Shown: positions 7,921 to 18,160 of the stretch, piece by piece
How positions within the stretch are numbered: position 1 is the stretch's first letter
Layout: every line of letters starts with the position of its first letter
DNA from: a virus
Taxonomy: Duplodnaviria > Caudoviricetes
IMG/VR virus record: IMGVR_UViG_3300025389_001172
Span: 1-64,000 of that record
DNA length: 64,000 bases
Strand: one strand, 5' to 3'
Notes under the pieces: model-generated
The model's input: the letters and a program-made list of their open reading frames with translations, nothing else
The model's database searches: none
What the model was told of the DNA's origin: nothing
Position numbers and translations under genes: made by a program

Positions 7921-10590
7921 TCATTCAAATGTAAAAAGATTGCCAAAGGTATTGGTCTGGGTGGTTGATTTCAAATCCCACTCCAGTACCCCGATGAGGT
8001 TGTCTAGTTTATTATTGATAATGGTTGTTTCCATCTCTGCATGGTCAAATGGTAGTTCTTGGAACCATTTTGGCAGTCGCAGTTCATCTACTGGATAGGC
8101 GATACTGGTATAGCCCAGAGGATTGGCCTTGACCTTGCAGACGATGACCTTCATACCGTCTACTATCTGTTGGCTGTATTTGTCACTATTCATGCGTTTA
8201 AGAGTATTCCAGTTGATTGAGGCTCTGACGTGTCCGGGCATATTGGCCTTACCAAACTTCTTTTCTTTGGCTTCATACTCTGTGATGTTGTTGGCACGCT
8301 TTGGCGATCCTTTTTCCCAACCAGGTCGTGCCTTGAACTCTGTACGGAACTCCGAAATCATATCTAAGATCTCTGTTTCTTCAGCACCATTTAGCACTCG
8401 GGTCAAGACTTCCTCTAGGAACTTCTGCATGAATTCCGGAGTGTCGGATCTTTTCAAATCTAATCCCATGGCCTTGATCTTACCAGGTTTACCATCTACG
8501 TCTGCCCGTTTACCTTCTTTGTCATAGTATAGAACAGCATAACGCTTCTTAGTAATGAATAGACCTTTGATGGCTACGATCTCACGACCCGCTTTGATAA
8601 CCTCACCGCGACTCTTTGGACAGTGGAACGCATCTAGCATGAACTGTGGAAATGTTTCATTGACTGCTTCTGCCACGGTATCATAGAGTTTGACCACAGA
8701 ATCTTTGTCCCAGGGTATTTCGCCCTTTTCTATCTCCTTGCGTAATACTGAATAGGCTGAGAAATAGGCCGAGTCAGTATCGCCGTAGATGATGGCTTTG
8801 CCCACATGGTCATAGTCTCCGGTTATAACTTCGTTGATTTTTCCTGCCATATGTTTGGCGATCTGGCGTCCTGTAAGAGTAGTGGATTGACCAATACGAT
8901 TATCAAAAAACCTGCAACCAGCATTAAGAATAGCACCATATAGGCTATTGAGGTTAATCTTTTTAACCAGCTGTCTTTTATCCCAATATTCTTCTTCAAT
9001 TTTATTCTCCGCTTTTATCGCATCTCTCAGTTTGGCCTGCATTTCTTTACGTTCGGCATACCAACGTTTTAGCAGTCCTGGAATGATACCTTCGAACTCA
9101 TGCGTAAATATCGTACCGTTAGCACTCAGCATCCAGGGACGATTGCTTTCATAGATCATTTCATAGATCTGTGCGCCAGTCATAATATCAGTATCACCGT
9201 TTTCCCAATCTACGATGATATCACTGGCCTTATCTTGATTCATCACGAGATCATACTCGTTAGCACCGAACTTGCCTTCCCATGCACCAGCAAAACTAGA
9301 TCCCTTGGCAATTTTAGTTTCGATTTCATCGTTGGTGTAGTCCTGACGCAACTGCCCCACGATGGTTTCGGGTCCCATGTTCAATGCACGGATTACTGAA
9401 GGATATAGTGAATTGATGTCCATAGATCCGATATAGTCATGTATGCCCTTTTTAGGAAACGCAACATAGGCACCTGCGGCCTGTGTATTTGCCGTGTCGT
9501 CTCTGCGAGGACGGCTGGGCACGATCATACCTCTATGATGAGCTTCATTTACGATAGCCTGTTCAGTCACTGCCACTGCTCCCATAGTAGTTGCTAGTAG
9601 CACGGTATTTTCATGTGCGACGGTATTGGCTAGATCTAGGAATTTCAGTTTCTTATCCAGTTTGTCTAACAAGGCACAGTCTTGTCTGTTATATTCGATA
9701 AACTTGCGGAAGTCATTGTTGTAGAGTTGATCTAGGGTACCTTCATAGACTGTTTTATTTTCACCTATCTCCATTTCTCCAATAGCGTCCAGTCTGTAGG
9801 TATGTCGTTCTTCATATGTATATTTGCGGTACAGCTCGAGACTGTCCAGATGAACACGACCGACCAAATCATAAGTGATAGCAGTTTTTCCATATTTTTC
9901 ATATTCTCTTTTCTTTGGCATCTGATCCCATAGACAGAAACGGCGAGTGTCTTCTTTTGACAGAGCCTTGGTCACGCGATTAACAGTGTAGGGTATATCA
10001 AATCCTTCTGAGTTCCAGCCGCTTAGGATATCAGCATCTTCTATGAGATTGAGGAATGAATCCAGCATGTCTGCTTCACGCTCAAACAAGATAGTGTTGG
10101 GGAAATCTTTGACTTGTTCCTCTGCCTGCGCCATGGTCAGAGTCTTTGGAGGTACTGCTAGGCAGACCAGCGTGTCCATCCACTGTAGATGTACAGCGAT
10201 GGCAGTGATAGGCATGAACGCATCTTCTGGACTAGCATAGCCACGTTCGGGGTCGAAGTCGACCTCGATATCGAAAAAGGCCACATTGAGCTTTGGAGTT
10301 TCTTTTCCTAGATAGTTATCTTCTAGGCAACGGAATATGGGATTGATATCGCTTTCATAGAGTCTATGGCTGGAGTGTATCTTCTGTTCTTTGATGAATT
10401 CTTTCCAGGTCTTGGCAGTGACCTTGCTAAGTGCTTCACCGTGGATTGATTTGAATTTACCCCTTTGATCTGGATAATAGAATAGATAACGGGCGGAATA
10501 GTCGCGATATACACGACCTAGTTTTGGGTCTCGTTCGACAACGGATACGATATCCTTCTCACGATCCCAGCGGGCATCAACATAACTCAT
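7921..10590 (-). CDS. Family B DNA polymerase (T4 gp43-like)
   Basis: Exo motifs FDIEV, WNSEGFD, YNRQD; pol motifs DINSLYPS, KINLNSLYG, YGDTDS, KKRY; C-terminal NTFGNLF. Confidence 0.97.
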   Translation of the reverse strand: MSYVDARWDREKDIVSVVERDPKLGRVYRDYSARYLFYYPDQRGKFKSIHGEALSKVTAKTWKEFIKEQKIHSSHRLYESDINPIFRCLEDNYLGKETPKLNVAFFDIEVDFDPERGYASPEDAFMPITAIAVHLQWMDTLVCLAVPPKTLTMAQAEEQVKDFPNTILFEREADMLDSFLNLIEDADILSGWNSEGFDIPYTVNRVTKALSKEDTRRFCLWDQMPKKREYEKYGKTAITYDLVGRVHLDSLELYRKYTYEERHTYRLDAIGEMEIGENKTVYEGTLDQLYNNDFRKFIEYNRQDCALLDKLDKKLKFLDLANTVAHENTVLLATTMGAVAVTEQAIVNEAHHRGMIVPSRPRRDDTANTQAAGAYVAFPKKGIHDYIGSMDINSLYPSVIRALNMGPETIVGQLRQDYTNDEIETKIAKGSSFAGAWEGKFGANEYDLVMNQDKASDIIVDWENGDTDIMTGAQIYEMIYESNRPWMLSANGTIFTHEFEGIIPGLLKRWYAERKEMQAKLRDAIKAENKIEEEYWDKRQLVKKINLNSLYGAILNAGCRFFDNRIGQSTTLTGRQIAKHMAGKINEVITGDYDHVGKAIIYGDTDSAYFSAYSVLRKEIEKGEIPWDKDSVVKLYDTVAEAVNETFPQFMLDAFHCPKSRGEVIKAGREIVAIKGLFITKKRYAVLYYDKEGKRADVDGKPGKIKAMGLDLKRSDTPEFMQKFLEEVLTRVLNGAEETEILDMISEFRTEFKARPGWEKGSPKRANNITEYEAKEKKFGKANMPGHVRASINWNTLKRMNSDKYSQQIVDGMKVIVCKVKANPLGYTSIAYPVDELRLPKWFQELPFDHAEMETTIINNKLDNLIGVLEWDLKSTTQTNTFGNLFTFE

Positions 10591-10601
10591 ATTTTCTCCT
10601 T

Positions 10602-10656
10602 ATACCGTTTATGGCCGGCATACCTTCACTGTGCGATTTATGGCTCGCAGGACCTT
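10602..10656 (-). promoter_or_regulatory. Tandem hairpins with identical GCCAUAAA loops before the polymerase RBS (candidate translational operator)
   Basis: UGCGA-GCCAUAAA-UCGCA and AUGCCG-GCCAUAAA-CGGUAU, each preceded by AAGGU, directly 5' of AAGGAG. Confidence 0.65.
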
Positions 10657-10664
10657 TCTCATTT

Positions 10665-10964
10665 TTATTTAGTCAGCATTCTTATAAGACCGACAGAATC
10701 GATACTAACAAGAAGGCAGTAATTAGCCAACATACCGAAGCTGCCGCGAGTCCAACTTGCCCAAGCGTACATAACACACCCTGAAATCCAAATAGGGTAC
10801 ATGATGAGAAGAGGGGGGTTAGGTACAGTAATGGCCATAGTAAGGCTACAACAAACGCTAATAGCCCAAGCCAGAACTTCAATATAGAACCTAAGTGGCC
10901 ACTCTCTACGATCTCTTTCAGCCCAGCGATAAATGTCTGTAATGGCATTGGCAATATACTCCAT
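10665..10964 (-). CDS. Small membrane protein
   Basis: Three hydrophobic segments. Confidence 0.6.
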   Translation of the reverse strand: MEYIANAITDIYRWAERDRREWPLRFYIEVLAWAISVCCSLTMAITVPNPPLLIMYPIWISGCVMYAWASWTRGSFGMLANYCLLVSIDSVGLIRMLTK

Positions 10965-11254
10965 TAGTCTTGATCGCGATTAGGATTGTTGTCATCGCGA
11001 TTAGCATGACCACTGATATCAACGATGGTTTCGAGATCATCGAATTCACGGAATACCTGATCCCAAGTGTCTTTCTGTGCGATCTTGATGGCTTTCTTGA
11101 TAGTGCTGGGTTTGACTTCTAATTCTTCTGCCACAGCCTTGATAGTGTCATTGAGACCTTCTGATAGGTCTTGGATTTCCTGCATGACAGTCACGCCTTC
11201 TGCGATGATCTGTTTGATCTTTGCCCGTTCTGGGTCACCGAATACTTTGCTCAT
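10964..11254 (-). CDS. T4 DsbA/GapR-like dsDNA-binding protein
   Basis: IKAVAEELEVKPSTIKKAIKIA helical pattern; own TTGACT-17-TATACT promoter. Confidence 0.6.
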   Translation of the reverse strand: MSKVFGDPERAKIKQIIAEGVTVMQEIQDLSEGLNDTIKAVAEELEVKPSTIKKAIKIAQKDTWDQVFREFDDLETIVDISGHANRDDNNPNRDQD

Positions 11255-11307
11255 AATGTTCTCCTATAAGCTAGTATATAGATTTATTTCTAGTAAGTCA
11301 ACTGTTT

Positions 11308-12063
11308 TTATTCACAATTCCACTTGCGCAGTGCCAGTGCCTTGCGAGTGGGTTTACCATTTGGTTTTTTCATTGGACCTTTTACACCACTCATGCGTGC
11401 GCAGAATGATTTACGGCGTTTGGCAGCTTTTGATCCAGGTTTGAGTTTTGATGGTTTGGTAGTCACAGCCATCTGTAGTTTTGATCCAGGATGCTCGCGA
11501 CGATAACTGGCAATACCTTTCTTGTTTAGTCCACCGTTTTTGTTTTTACCAGCCTTGCGATGCCACGCGGCTGATTCACTTAGGAATGTTGATGCGAATT
11601 TTTCACAGAGACCTTGTATATCATCGTTGTCTGTTTCTTCTAGAGTGTAGTCATTGTGTTCGTTATCCTGGCTTGGATCGATATACCCACAATATACTTT
11701 CCGTACATTACTGTTATTGATTAGATCAGTACAGCTTTCACCGTAGCGTTCATCCATATCTTCATTGCAGGGACTACAGGTAGTCAGTATGATACTGCCT
11801 TCTGGAATATCTCCATATTTAGATTCATAATTTTCTATAGCAACACGTTCGGCATGTTTGCGTGTACCGTCTTCGGTTAGTTCATTAAGTGATATTACCT
11901 TGTTATGATCATTATCCATAACGCAGGCCGCTACCATTCCGTAATGATCTGGATCTTCTTGTTGCCCCTTTATCACTGCTTCACAGAGTTCCAGCAAGAT
12001 TTTATCAAGATGATCTCGATCGTGTATTTTATAATCGCTTTTTATAAATTCAAGAATTTTCAT
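11308..12063 (-). CDS. Zinc-dependent (RibD/CMP-dCMP-type) deaminase fused to a basic C-terminal module
   Basis: HAE, TCSPC...C; C-terminal KRRKSFCARM..ALRKWNC domain; N-terminus MKILEFIK. Confidence 0.75.
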   Translation of the reverse strand: MKILEFIKSDYKIHDRDHLDKILLELCEAVIKGQQEDPDHYGMVAACVMDNDHNKVISLNELTEDGTRKHAERVAIENYESKYGDIPEGSIILTTCSPCNEDMDERYGESCTDLINNSNVRKVYCGYIDPSQDNEHNDYTLEETDNDDIQGLCEKFASTFLSESAAWHRKAGKNKNGGLNKKGIASYRREHPGSKLQMAVTTKPSKLKPGSKAAKRRKSFCARMSGVKGPMKKPNGKPTRKALALRKWNCE

Positions 12064-15000
12064 TTTTTACGTTTTTTAGGAAGTACACGTTTAGGTAATT
12101 TACTAATATCTTTTCCTGTGTCAGCGCGATTGAACTCTTTGGCCACATTAGTCTTGATACCAACTTTCTTTGCGAAAGCAGGATTATGAGCGGCTGCTGC
12201 CATCATCTGTGCCTGTGCTTGACTAACTGAACGCTCGTCAACTTCGCGATCTAGCTTTTCCTGAAGACGATTGAGATAGTTTTCAGTTGATTCTCGCTTG
12301 GCGGCACTGTAGGGCATGGCCATGTTTTTTACATTGTTGATAGATACAGCACCTACAGATCCTGCTGGAGCTGGTATAGTTGTTTCTGGTGTGCGATCTG
12401 GAAATAGTTTCTCGGCTCTCTGTATGATCTCAGGTCGCAGGGCCAATCCATTGGTATCTATAGGACCTGCTGGTCTGTTTAACTGTAGCATGCCTTTCTT
12501 GGTATTAAAATCACCTACCTGTGCTCCGGCGGCATTTTTACCTAGCGTATAATCTTTTATCTTTTCTGGGTCTGTATAAGGTGGACGTGTCATGCCCATG
12601 CCATTGGCTGCGATATAGGCGCCCCACCACCATGCCCAACTTTTACCTGTATCGGATTTGGCTGGAGCCGGGCGACCGAGGTTTATGGCCTTGCCAGTTC
12701 CTGGTTCTGCCTGCTGTCCTACTGATTGATAGATGCTGTCTAGATCGCGGCGTGTTGCTTCTCTCTGTATACTTTCGGCAGCACCACCTACTAGATCACC
12801 TGCACGGGCTGGAGAGTTCTTTTTAGGACCCTTGTTGCGCCATTGGCCTGCTGGACCTAGTTTATTCTTCTTGCTACCTGCGAACACGCTGGCCGGCAAC
12901 ATGGCTTCCATAGCACGATCATCGTGACCATTGCCTATCAACTTGCTTGATACATCTATAGCTGGTCTCGCTGCCTGACCCCAACCGCCTGTGGCTGTGG
13001 AGTGATCTTCATCATAGATATGACCCTGCGCATGTTGGCTCTGTAGATAGTTTGATACTGTGACCATGTTCTGTTTGCTCATGGATATCTTTTCTTCTAC
13101 CCATTCTGGTAAGTTTTCACCTGACTTTAATGTGTCTGCTAGTTCTTTACAGGCACGTATGATTGTCAGTAGATTGTTTTCTACCATATCTACTTCGTCT
13201 GAGTATTCATTATACTCGTCACCTTCCGCCACACCTTGCTCCTCAATGGTGGTGTTGTGTAGAATAAACACTGCATTAGGATCCATGCCTTGTGTATAAT
13301 ACTTAAAAATAGCCGGGGCATCCCGGTATTTCATGCGTTGATAGTCCCCGCCTAATCTACGTGCCATAGCAGAATAAATTCCTTGATGTTGTGAATCAGC
13401 TAAAAATATCAAATACTCTGGATCAATTTGTGCCACCTGTTTTTTCACTGCTTCTACCACAGTGGTCAAAATTTTTGTAGCATCTCCCTGACCTGTTAAT
13501 TGCACCTGTCCATTGACATTAAAGTCAATGCTCATAATTTTTATTTGAAGCCTAGGATCATATCTCATTAAACAAGTTATTTTTCTACCGTCTTGAGTAG
13601 TGGCACTTACTTCTGTGTCTCGAAAATCTATCTTTTTTGTTTCAATAGGATAAGAACTGTTGGGATTGAACAATTCATTTAACTTACCTTCCGCTACACC
13701 TTTATCTACTTTCGTCCAACTTATTTTTTTACCGTCGGGCAAGGTAGCAAAACACGGACCGTCGATCATTTTAGCCTGCATGATTTTAGCAGTAGGAAAC
13801 TTGCTCTTGACTAAAGCCATCCATTCTTGCTGAGTGCGGCCTTTGGCATCAACAGCTCTGGCCTGCACAGGTCCAGCTTCTTCTGACACACCTGGCTGGT
13901 CCAGATCCTGTCCAGTGACCTTTTTCATATCCTGGTGGGCTTTAATGAAACGATCTGCTGGAATAGCATTGGGACTTCCAAAACTATGATAAACGTTTAC
14001 ATCTTTTGGTAGTCCCGGCATATGGTCGGGCTCTTTTCCTTGTTCGCCTCCTTCTAAGTAGTAGTCAATGATCTTTCTTAGTTGTTTTTGTAGCGGCTTG
14101 TTCATCCAGAAATATGTGTCTATAGCATCAAATATCAGTAACCATTGATCTGGAACATCGCCGCTGAACCAATGCATGGTTTTACCTGACTGTAGGTCTC
14201 TAACATCCATGCTGTCAATTTGGAAACGCTGGTGTTGCTGTTCTATAAAATCAATTGGGCGTATGATAAAATTCAACTGCTGGTTGTTGGGACCTTGTAG
14301 TACTACTTCAAAATCTGTTTCGCTTACGGTGTCAACGTCGGTCACATGCCATGGATTGTTACGAAGATCATCCAACTGATCTTCCGCCACACCTTGCTTA
14401 AAACTGTTAGCACTGATAATTTTTACATTAGCAGGAACACCTAGTGCTAATGCGGCATAGAGCCGTGTTCTACCACCAATTACATAAACACCTGTAGGTA
14501 ATTTCAATAGCACTGGTGGGTCGTAGTTTCCAGATTTGACATATTGGATGTAGCCAGTTATATCACGCTGGCGTCCCTCACCTGCATCACGGGCCTGCAT
14601 CAGTTTTATATATTGTTGTTCTGCATCTGGTCTGCCACTAATCTGTTGGATTGCTTTCAATGTTTGAGCATCGTTGCCTTTGTTGGCAAGATTTTTTAAT
14701 TTAGGAATGCTTGCGGCAGGTATTTGTGTAGATGACGCTCTATCAATAATAGGTGTTATTTTTTCCACACTTTGTTCATCATTACCGTATCCCATTTGTT
14801 TGACAAATTGTTGTATTTCTGGCACAGGTTGTCCTACCAATTCCCACGCTTCATCTGACGATGCTTCATTTAAGAAGCCTTCCGCCACACCTTCTTTAGG
14901 CACACAATTATTGACACGAACTCTGCCTTTTATTTTAGTAGCAGGTTTACCTATCTTTTTGTTGTGCCAGCATCGAGCATCTAGACGTTGTTTAACTTCC

Positions 15001-16748
15001 ATCATGTTATCGCCGTGTGTTTCACACATACCGCAATCTGGACAGGTCATCTCCATTGAGAAATCTTCATTGTGTTTGCGCTTGCCGGCACAGTGAGCCT
15101 TTTGACTGAATCCTTTTGGATGTGAGCAGTTGATACTGCGTTTGTATTTTTCACTCCATGCTTCTGTTGTATCTTGGTTTTTAGGCTTCATGCGATCCCC
15201 TATACCTTTCAATGCCTGCTGACGGCGTTGGAATTCTAGATCTCGTCCTGCTTCGTCTTTATGCTTTTCCACACGCTTGGCTAGTTTTTCACCAGCGGTC
15301 TTTTTCTCGTATGCTTCTACAGTATCTAATTCTTCTGCCAGTCTGTTTGATAAATCAAATAAGTACGAGTCACGGAATAATTCTTGTTGTTCTGGTTCGC
15401 TAGGAGACAATAGATCTCTCTGTGGTTGATTCTGTTGTTTGGCCAGCTGTTGAGCTTCCCATTTTGGGTAATTGTTTACGAATTCCTGTACTTCTGGATG
15501 TTTTAACCATTGTACAGTGAGCTCTCTATCGGCCAGTATTTTTTTGAAGTTGTCCATGGACTCTTCGACATCACCGCCCATCTGTTGTATGGTTCCGATG
15601 GTTGTCATGATGGCAAATACCTGTGCCCGTGTAAATCTCAATGATTTATTTTGTCCATACTGTATGTCCACTGATGGCAATCTTGCTTTCCAGGCACGGG
15701 CCAATCGAGTGAGATTATAGGCACCTTGATTTGGATCACCTTCTGTTTTCCAGGACGGTTGCGATGCTTGTTCAAGCAGTCTGGCAGCACTATCAGCTGG
15801 ATCAGTAAATTCCTGATCGTTGGCTGTGGAGGCAACTGTTGGGGCGGTGGCTTTGGTAGTTTTCTTTTCAGAATTATCTTTTCCAACATACATAGTACTT
15901 GGTAAATCTTTTAACCTTAGCTGTTGAGCCATGTGGCTTAGGCCGACTCCTCGATCGATTTTTGGTTCTGGTTGAACAATTTTTGGTTCTGGTTGAACAG
16001 TTGGAGTTGCTTGAGGAGTTTCACCGGGTTCGACTGTTTGTACATTCCGGATGTTTTTAGGCATCTCTACTGATTTATCGTTCTTTGTTCTAGGCTCACT
16101 GGTTTTTTCTGGTTCTTTTTGAGATTTTGTTTTATCGGATTTTTTAACTGCAGGTGCTGTCTGGCGTTCTGCTCCTGGATATTCTTTCTCAACCTGCCTG
16201 CGCTCTTCATCGGCTTGGTCTTGGGTGATTTCTCCACTCTTTAGTCTCGCATCGATATCTCGGAAACGTTTTTCTTTTTCTGATAAGTCTTTTCCTAATC
16301 CTATAGCTGTTCTCGACAGCTGTCTAATTTCTTGACCTTGTTGTTGATTAGTGGCATTCTGTTTTCCTAATTCTATATAAATCGCCTGTTCTGGAGGTAT
16401 GCCTGGATACATCTGTGCTAATCTATTGATCTCTTTAGAGACCTTTTCATTACCAGGAGTCATGGCTAGTTCAGCTAAGGCTCTTTTATATTTCTCTTTG
16501 CGTGGAATAGTTTTAGTTTTATCTTTATGCTTACCGCCACCTGTCTGTGTGCGTAGAGGACCTTGGCGTGGTTTCTGTTTCAGCTTGTCGTCTTCTGAGG
16601 TCACTAAGGTAGCACGTCGTTGCATACCGCCCATGGGTTTGGCTATACTACCACCCAGCCCTCCTGTACTAGTACCGCCTGTTGTACCACTTTCTAGCAC
16701 ATAGCGTGTTTCTTGTTGTCCGGAGATTTTCTTAAATTCATTAGTCAT
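12060..16748 (-). CDS. 1562-aa modular polyprotein with repeated GVAE(G) linkers (putative head-internal protein)
   Basis: Five GVAE/GVSE linkers; ParB/Srx-like module (PPVLL..VIGGRTRL), CPDCGMC ribbon, other small modules. Confidence 0.7.
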   Translation of the reverse strand: MTNEFKKISGQQETRYVLESGTTGGTSTGGLGGSIAKPMGGMQRRATLVTSEDDKLKQKPRQGPLRTQTGGGKHKDKTKTIPRKEKYKRALAELAMTPGNEKVSKEINRLAQMYPGIPPEQAIYIELGKQNATNQQQGQEIRQLSRTAIGLGKDLSEKEKRFRDIDARLKSGEITQDQADEERRQVEKEYPGAERQTAPAVKKSDKTKSQKEPEKTSEPRTKNDKSVEMPKNIRNVQTVEPGETPQATPTVQPEPKIVQPEPKIDRGVGLSHMAQQLRLKDLPSTMYVGKDNSEKKTTKATAPTVASTANDQEFTDPADSAARLLEQASQPSWKTEGDPNQGAYNLTRLARAWKARLPSVDIQYGQNKSLRFTRAQVFAIMTTIGTIQQMGGDVEESMDNFKKILADRELTVQWLKHPEVQEFVNNYPKWEAQQLAKQQNQPQRDLLSPSEPEQQELFRDSYLFDLSNRLAEELDTVEAYEKKTAGEKLAKRVEKHKDEAGRDLEFQRRQQALKGIGDRMKPKNQDTTEAWSEKYKRSINCSHPKGFSQKAHCAGKRKHNEDFSMEMTCPDCGMCETHGDNMMEVKQRLDARCWHNKKIGKPATKIKGRVRVNNCVPKEGVAEGFLNEASSDEAWELVGQPVPEIQQFVKQMGYGNDEQSVEKITPIIDRASSTQIPAASIPKLKNLANKGNDAQTLKAIQQISGRPDAEQQYIKLMQARDAGEGRQRDITGYIQYVKSGNYDPPVLLKLPTGVYVIGGRTRLYAALALGVPANVKIISANSFKQGVAEDQLDDLRNNPWHVTDVDTVSETDFEVVLQGPNNQQLNFIIRPIDFIEQQHQRFQIDSMDVRDLQSGKTMHWFSGDVPDQWLLIFDAIDTYFWMNKPLQKQLRKIIDYYLEGGEQGKEPDHMPGLPKDVNVYHSFGSPNAIPADRFIKAHQDMKKVTGQDLDQPGVSEEAGPVQARAVDAKGRTQQEWMALVKSKFPTAKIMQAKMIDGPCFATLPDGKKISWTKVDKGVAEGKLNELFNPNSSYPIETKKIDFRDTEVSATTQDGRKITCLMRYDPRLQIKIMSIDFNVNGQVQLTGQGDATKILTTVVEAVKKQVAQIDPEYLIFLADSQHQGIYSAMARRLGGDYQRMKYRDAPAIFKYYTQGMDPNAVFILHNTTIEEQGVAEGDEYNEYSDEVDMVENNLLTIIRACKELADTLKSGENLPEWVEEKISMSKQNMVTVSNYLQSQHAQGHIYDEDHSTATGGWGQAARPAIDVSSKLIGNGHDDRAMEAMLPASVFAGSKKNKLGPAGQWRNKGPKKNSPARAGDLVGGAAESIQREATRRDLDSIYQSVGQQAEPGTGKAINLGRPAPAKSDTGKSWAWWWGAYIAANGMGMTRPPYTDPEKIKDYTLGKNAAGAQVGDFNTKKGMLQLNRPAGPIDTNGLALRPEIIQRAEKLFPDRTPETTIPAPAGSVGAVSINNVKNMAMPYSAAKRESTENYLNRLQEKLDREVDERSVSQAQAQMMAAAAHNPAFAKKVGIKTNVAKEFNRADTGKDISKLPKRVLPKKRKK

Positions 16749-17124
16749 TGTTCTTGTTCATCCAATCTGCTACAGGACTACGAGTATTGGTATTATCCAA
16801 CTCTGTACTGCGATTATCTGTCACTCTTTTTACAGGACCAGCGCCAACCATTTTGGCCGCGGCATTGATGATCTCTAGTTCGACATCTGTATAAGTTGAC
16901 AGTAGGGGGTCGCCTGCAAAGGCACCTGCAGCCTTAGTAGGATAGTCTGGAGCACCTGCCATGGCTAGACCGAATCTATACTGTAGATAAGGACTACCGT
17001 TGGATTTGTTCATGCTGATATCCGGAAGCGATACAGCTCCTTTTATGGCAGTCACGTGATCTGCTGCCATGTGCTTTGGATTAGCCGGGGTGTCGCCTTC
17101 TACGATAAATTCTCTTGCTCTCAT
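16741..17124 (-). CDS. Putative head-internal protein, paralog A
   Basis: Starts MRAREFIVE; YRFGLAMAG...SPVADW shared with neighbour. Confidence 0.65.
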   Translation of the reverse strand: MRAREFIVEGDTPANPKHMAADHVTAIKGAVSLPDISMNKSNGSPYLQYRFGLAMAGAPDYPTKAAGAFAGDPLLSTYTDVELEIINAAAKMVGAGPVKRVTDNRSTELDNTNTRSPVADWMNKNND

Positions 17125-17130
17125 AATGTA

Positions 17131-17496
17131 CTATTTACCTGTATTCCAATTGGCCACAGGACTGACTGTATGTGTGTCCTCTGGTTCTACGCTGGGTGTT
17201 CTCGGGCGTACCTGATGATATTCTGTAGGTATAGATTTTGTCACCTGCTTGATCATGTCGTGTTCTTTGTCTGTATAGGGATGGAATGTCCAATATGGGC
17301 CCATCCAGCTTTCGTGATCTATGTCGATCTTGTCATCACTGCCGTCGGCCATGCCCACAGCCATACCTGTTCTATATTGATGATAGGTTGGGTAGTATCC
17401 ACCTGGATCTCTCTGTTTGCTGAATCCCTGATGCACAGCATCGTGATGTGGATGAGTGACTCCGGTACGCTCAACAATGAACTCACGAGCCCGCAT
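17131..17496 (-). CDS. Putative head-internal protein, paralog B
   Basis: Start taken at MRAREFIVE (17496); YRTGMAVG...SPVANW. Confidence 0.65.
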   Translation of the reverse strand: MRAREFIVERTGVTHPHHDAVHQGFSKQRDPGGYYPTYHQYRTGMAVGMADGSDDKIDIDHESWMGPYWTFHPYTDKEHDMIKQVTKSIPTEYHQVRPRTPSVEPEDTHTVSPVANWNTGK

Positions 17497-17497
17497 G

Positions 17498-17944
17498 TTA
17501 TTGTCCTTTGAGACTGGCCCTGAGGAACCAAGCGTGCTTCTTATGTGCATCTTGCCGCTCGGCGAGGAAGTTTGATAGTCCGTGTTCACCGGCAGCTTCT
17601 GCGGCATCGTAGTTTTTCTTTAAGACGATCTGTATGCGATCGCTGTCTTGTAGCAGTTCCTGTATCATTTCATCTTTTGTAGGCACGCGATCTTCATCTT
17701 CGATCTTTGTGAGCATGCTGAGCGTATGATAGCTGGTAGGCATATAACCACCTAGTTTTCGGACATTCTCAGCATAGGCATCTATAGCACCGTAGACTTC
17801 GTTATAGATCTCTTCGAATAGTTTGTGATATTCGTAGAAGTCTGATCCTTCTACGTTCCAGTGGAAACTGTGAGTCTTTTGATAAAAACTGAATGTGGTT
17901 GCGAAACCAATACGTGTGAGTTGAACTAGTTTATCCATGGTCAT
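17498..17944 (-). CDS. dps: Dps ferritin-like DNA-protection protein
   Basis: HSFHWNVEG..F...H.LFEEIY, DAYAENVR, HKKHAWFL. Confidence 0.93.
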   Translation of the reverse strand: MTMDKLVQLTRIGFATTFSFYQKTHSFHWNVEGSDFYEYHKLFEEIYNEVYGAIDAYAENVRKLGGYMPTSYHTLSMLTKIEDEDRVPTKDEMIQELLQDSDRIQIVLKKNYDAAEAAGEHGLSNFLAERQDAHKKHAWFLRASLKGQ

Positions 17945-17956
17945 GTATTTAGCAGT

Positions 17957-18160
17957 TTAGATAGGCTTCTCTGATGTCATCCAGGGGCGGCTAAACCATA
18001 ATTTGAACCAAGCTGGAGTTCCGGGTTGTATGTTGTGTTGCTTCATCAGTTGTGCCTTTTCGTTGCCCGTTATGCTGATGTTACTGCCTGGGTCATAGGG
18101 CTGATAACCTTTGAACTCGTTTATACCAGCTAACTTGCGTATCTGATCAAGCTCGTCCAT
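17957..18160 (-). CDS. Hypothetical protein
   Basis: 67 aa; IRKLAGINE and PGTPAWFKLWF. Confidence 0.6.
   Translation of the reverse strand: MDELDQIRKLAGINEFKGYQPYDPGSNISITGNEKAQLMKQHNIQPGTPAWFKLWFSRPWMTSEKPI

Noticed and set aside
7921-10590. Intein or intron in the DNA polymerase
   Set aside because: ORF is continuous, of normal length, and has normally spaced motifs
15370-15430. QRDLL and QQELF in the polyprotein as host beta-clamp motifs
   Set aside because: Short matches in a Gln-rich low-complexity segment; not distinguishable from chance
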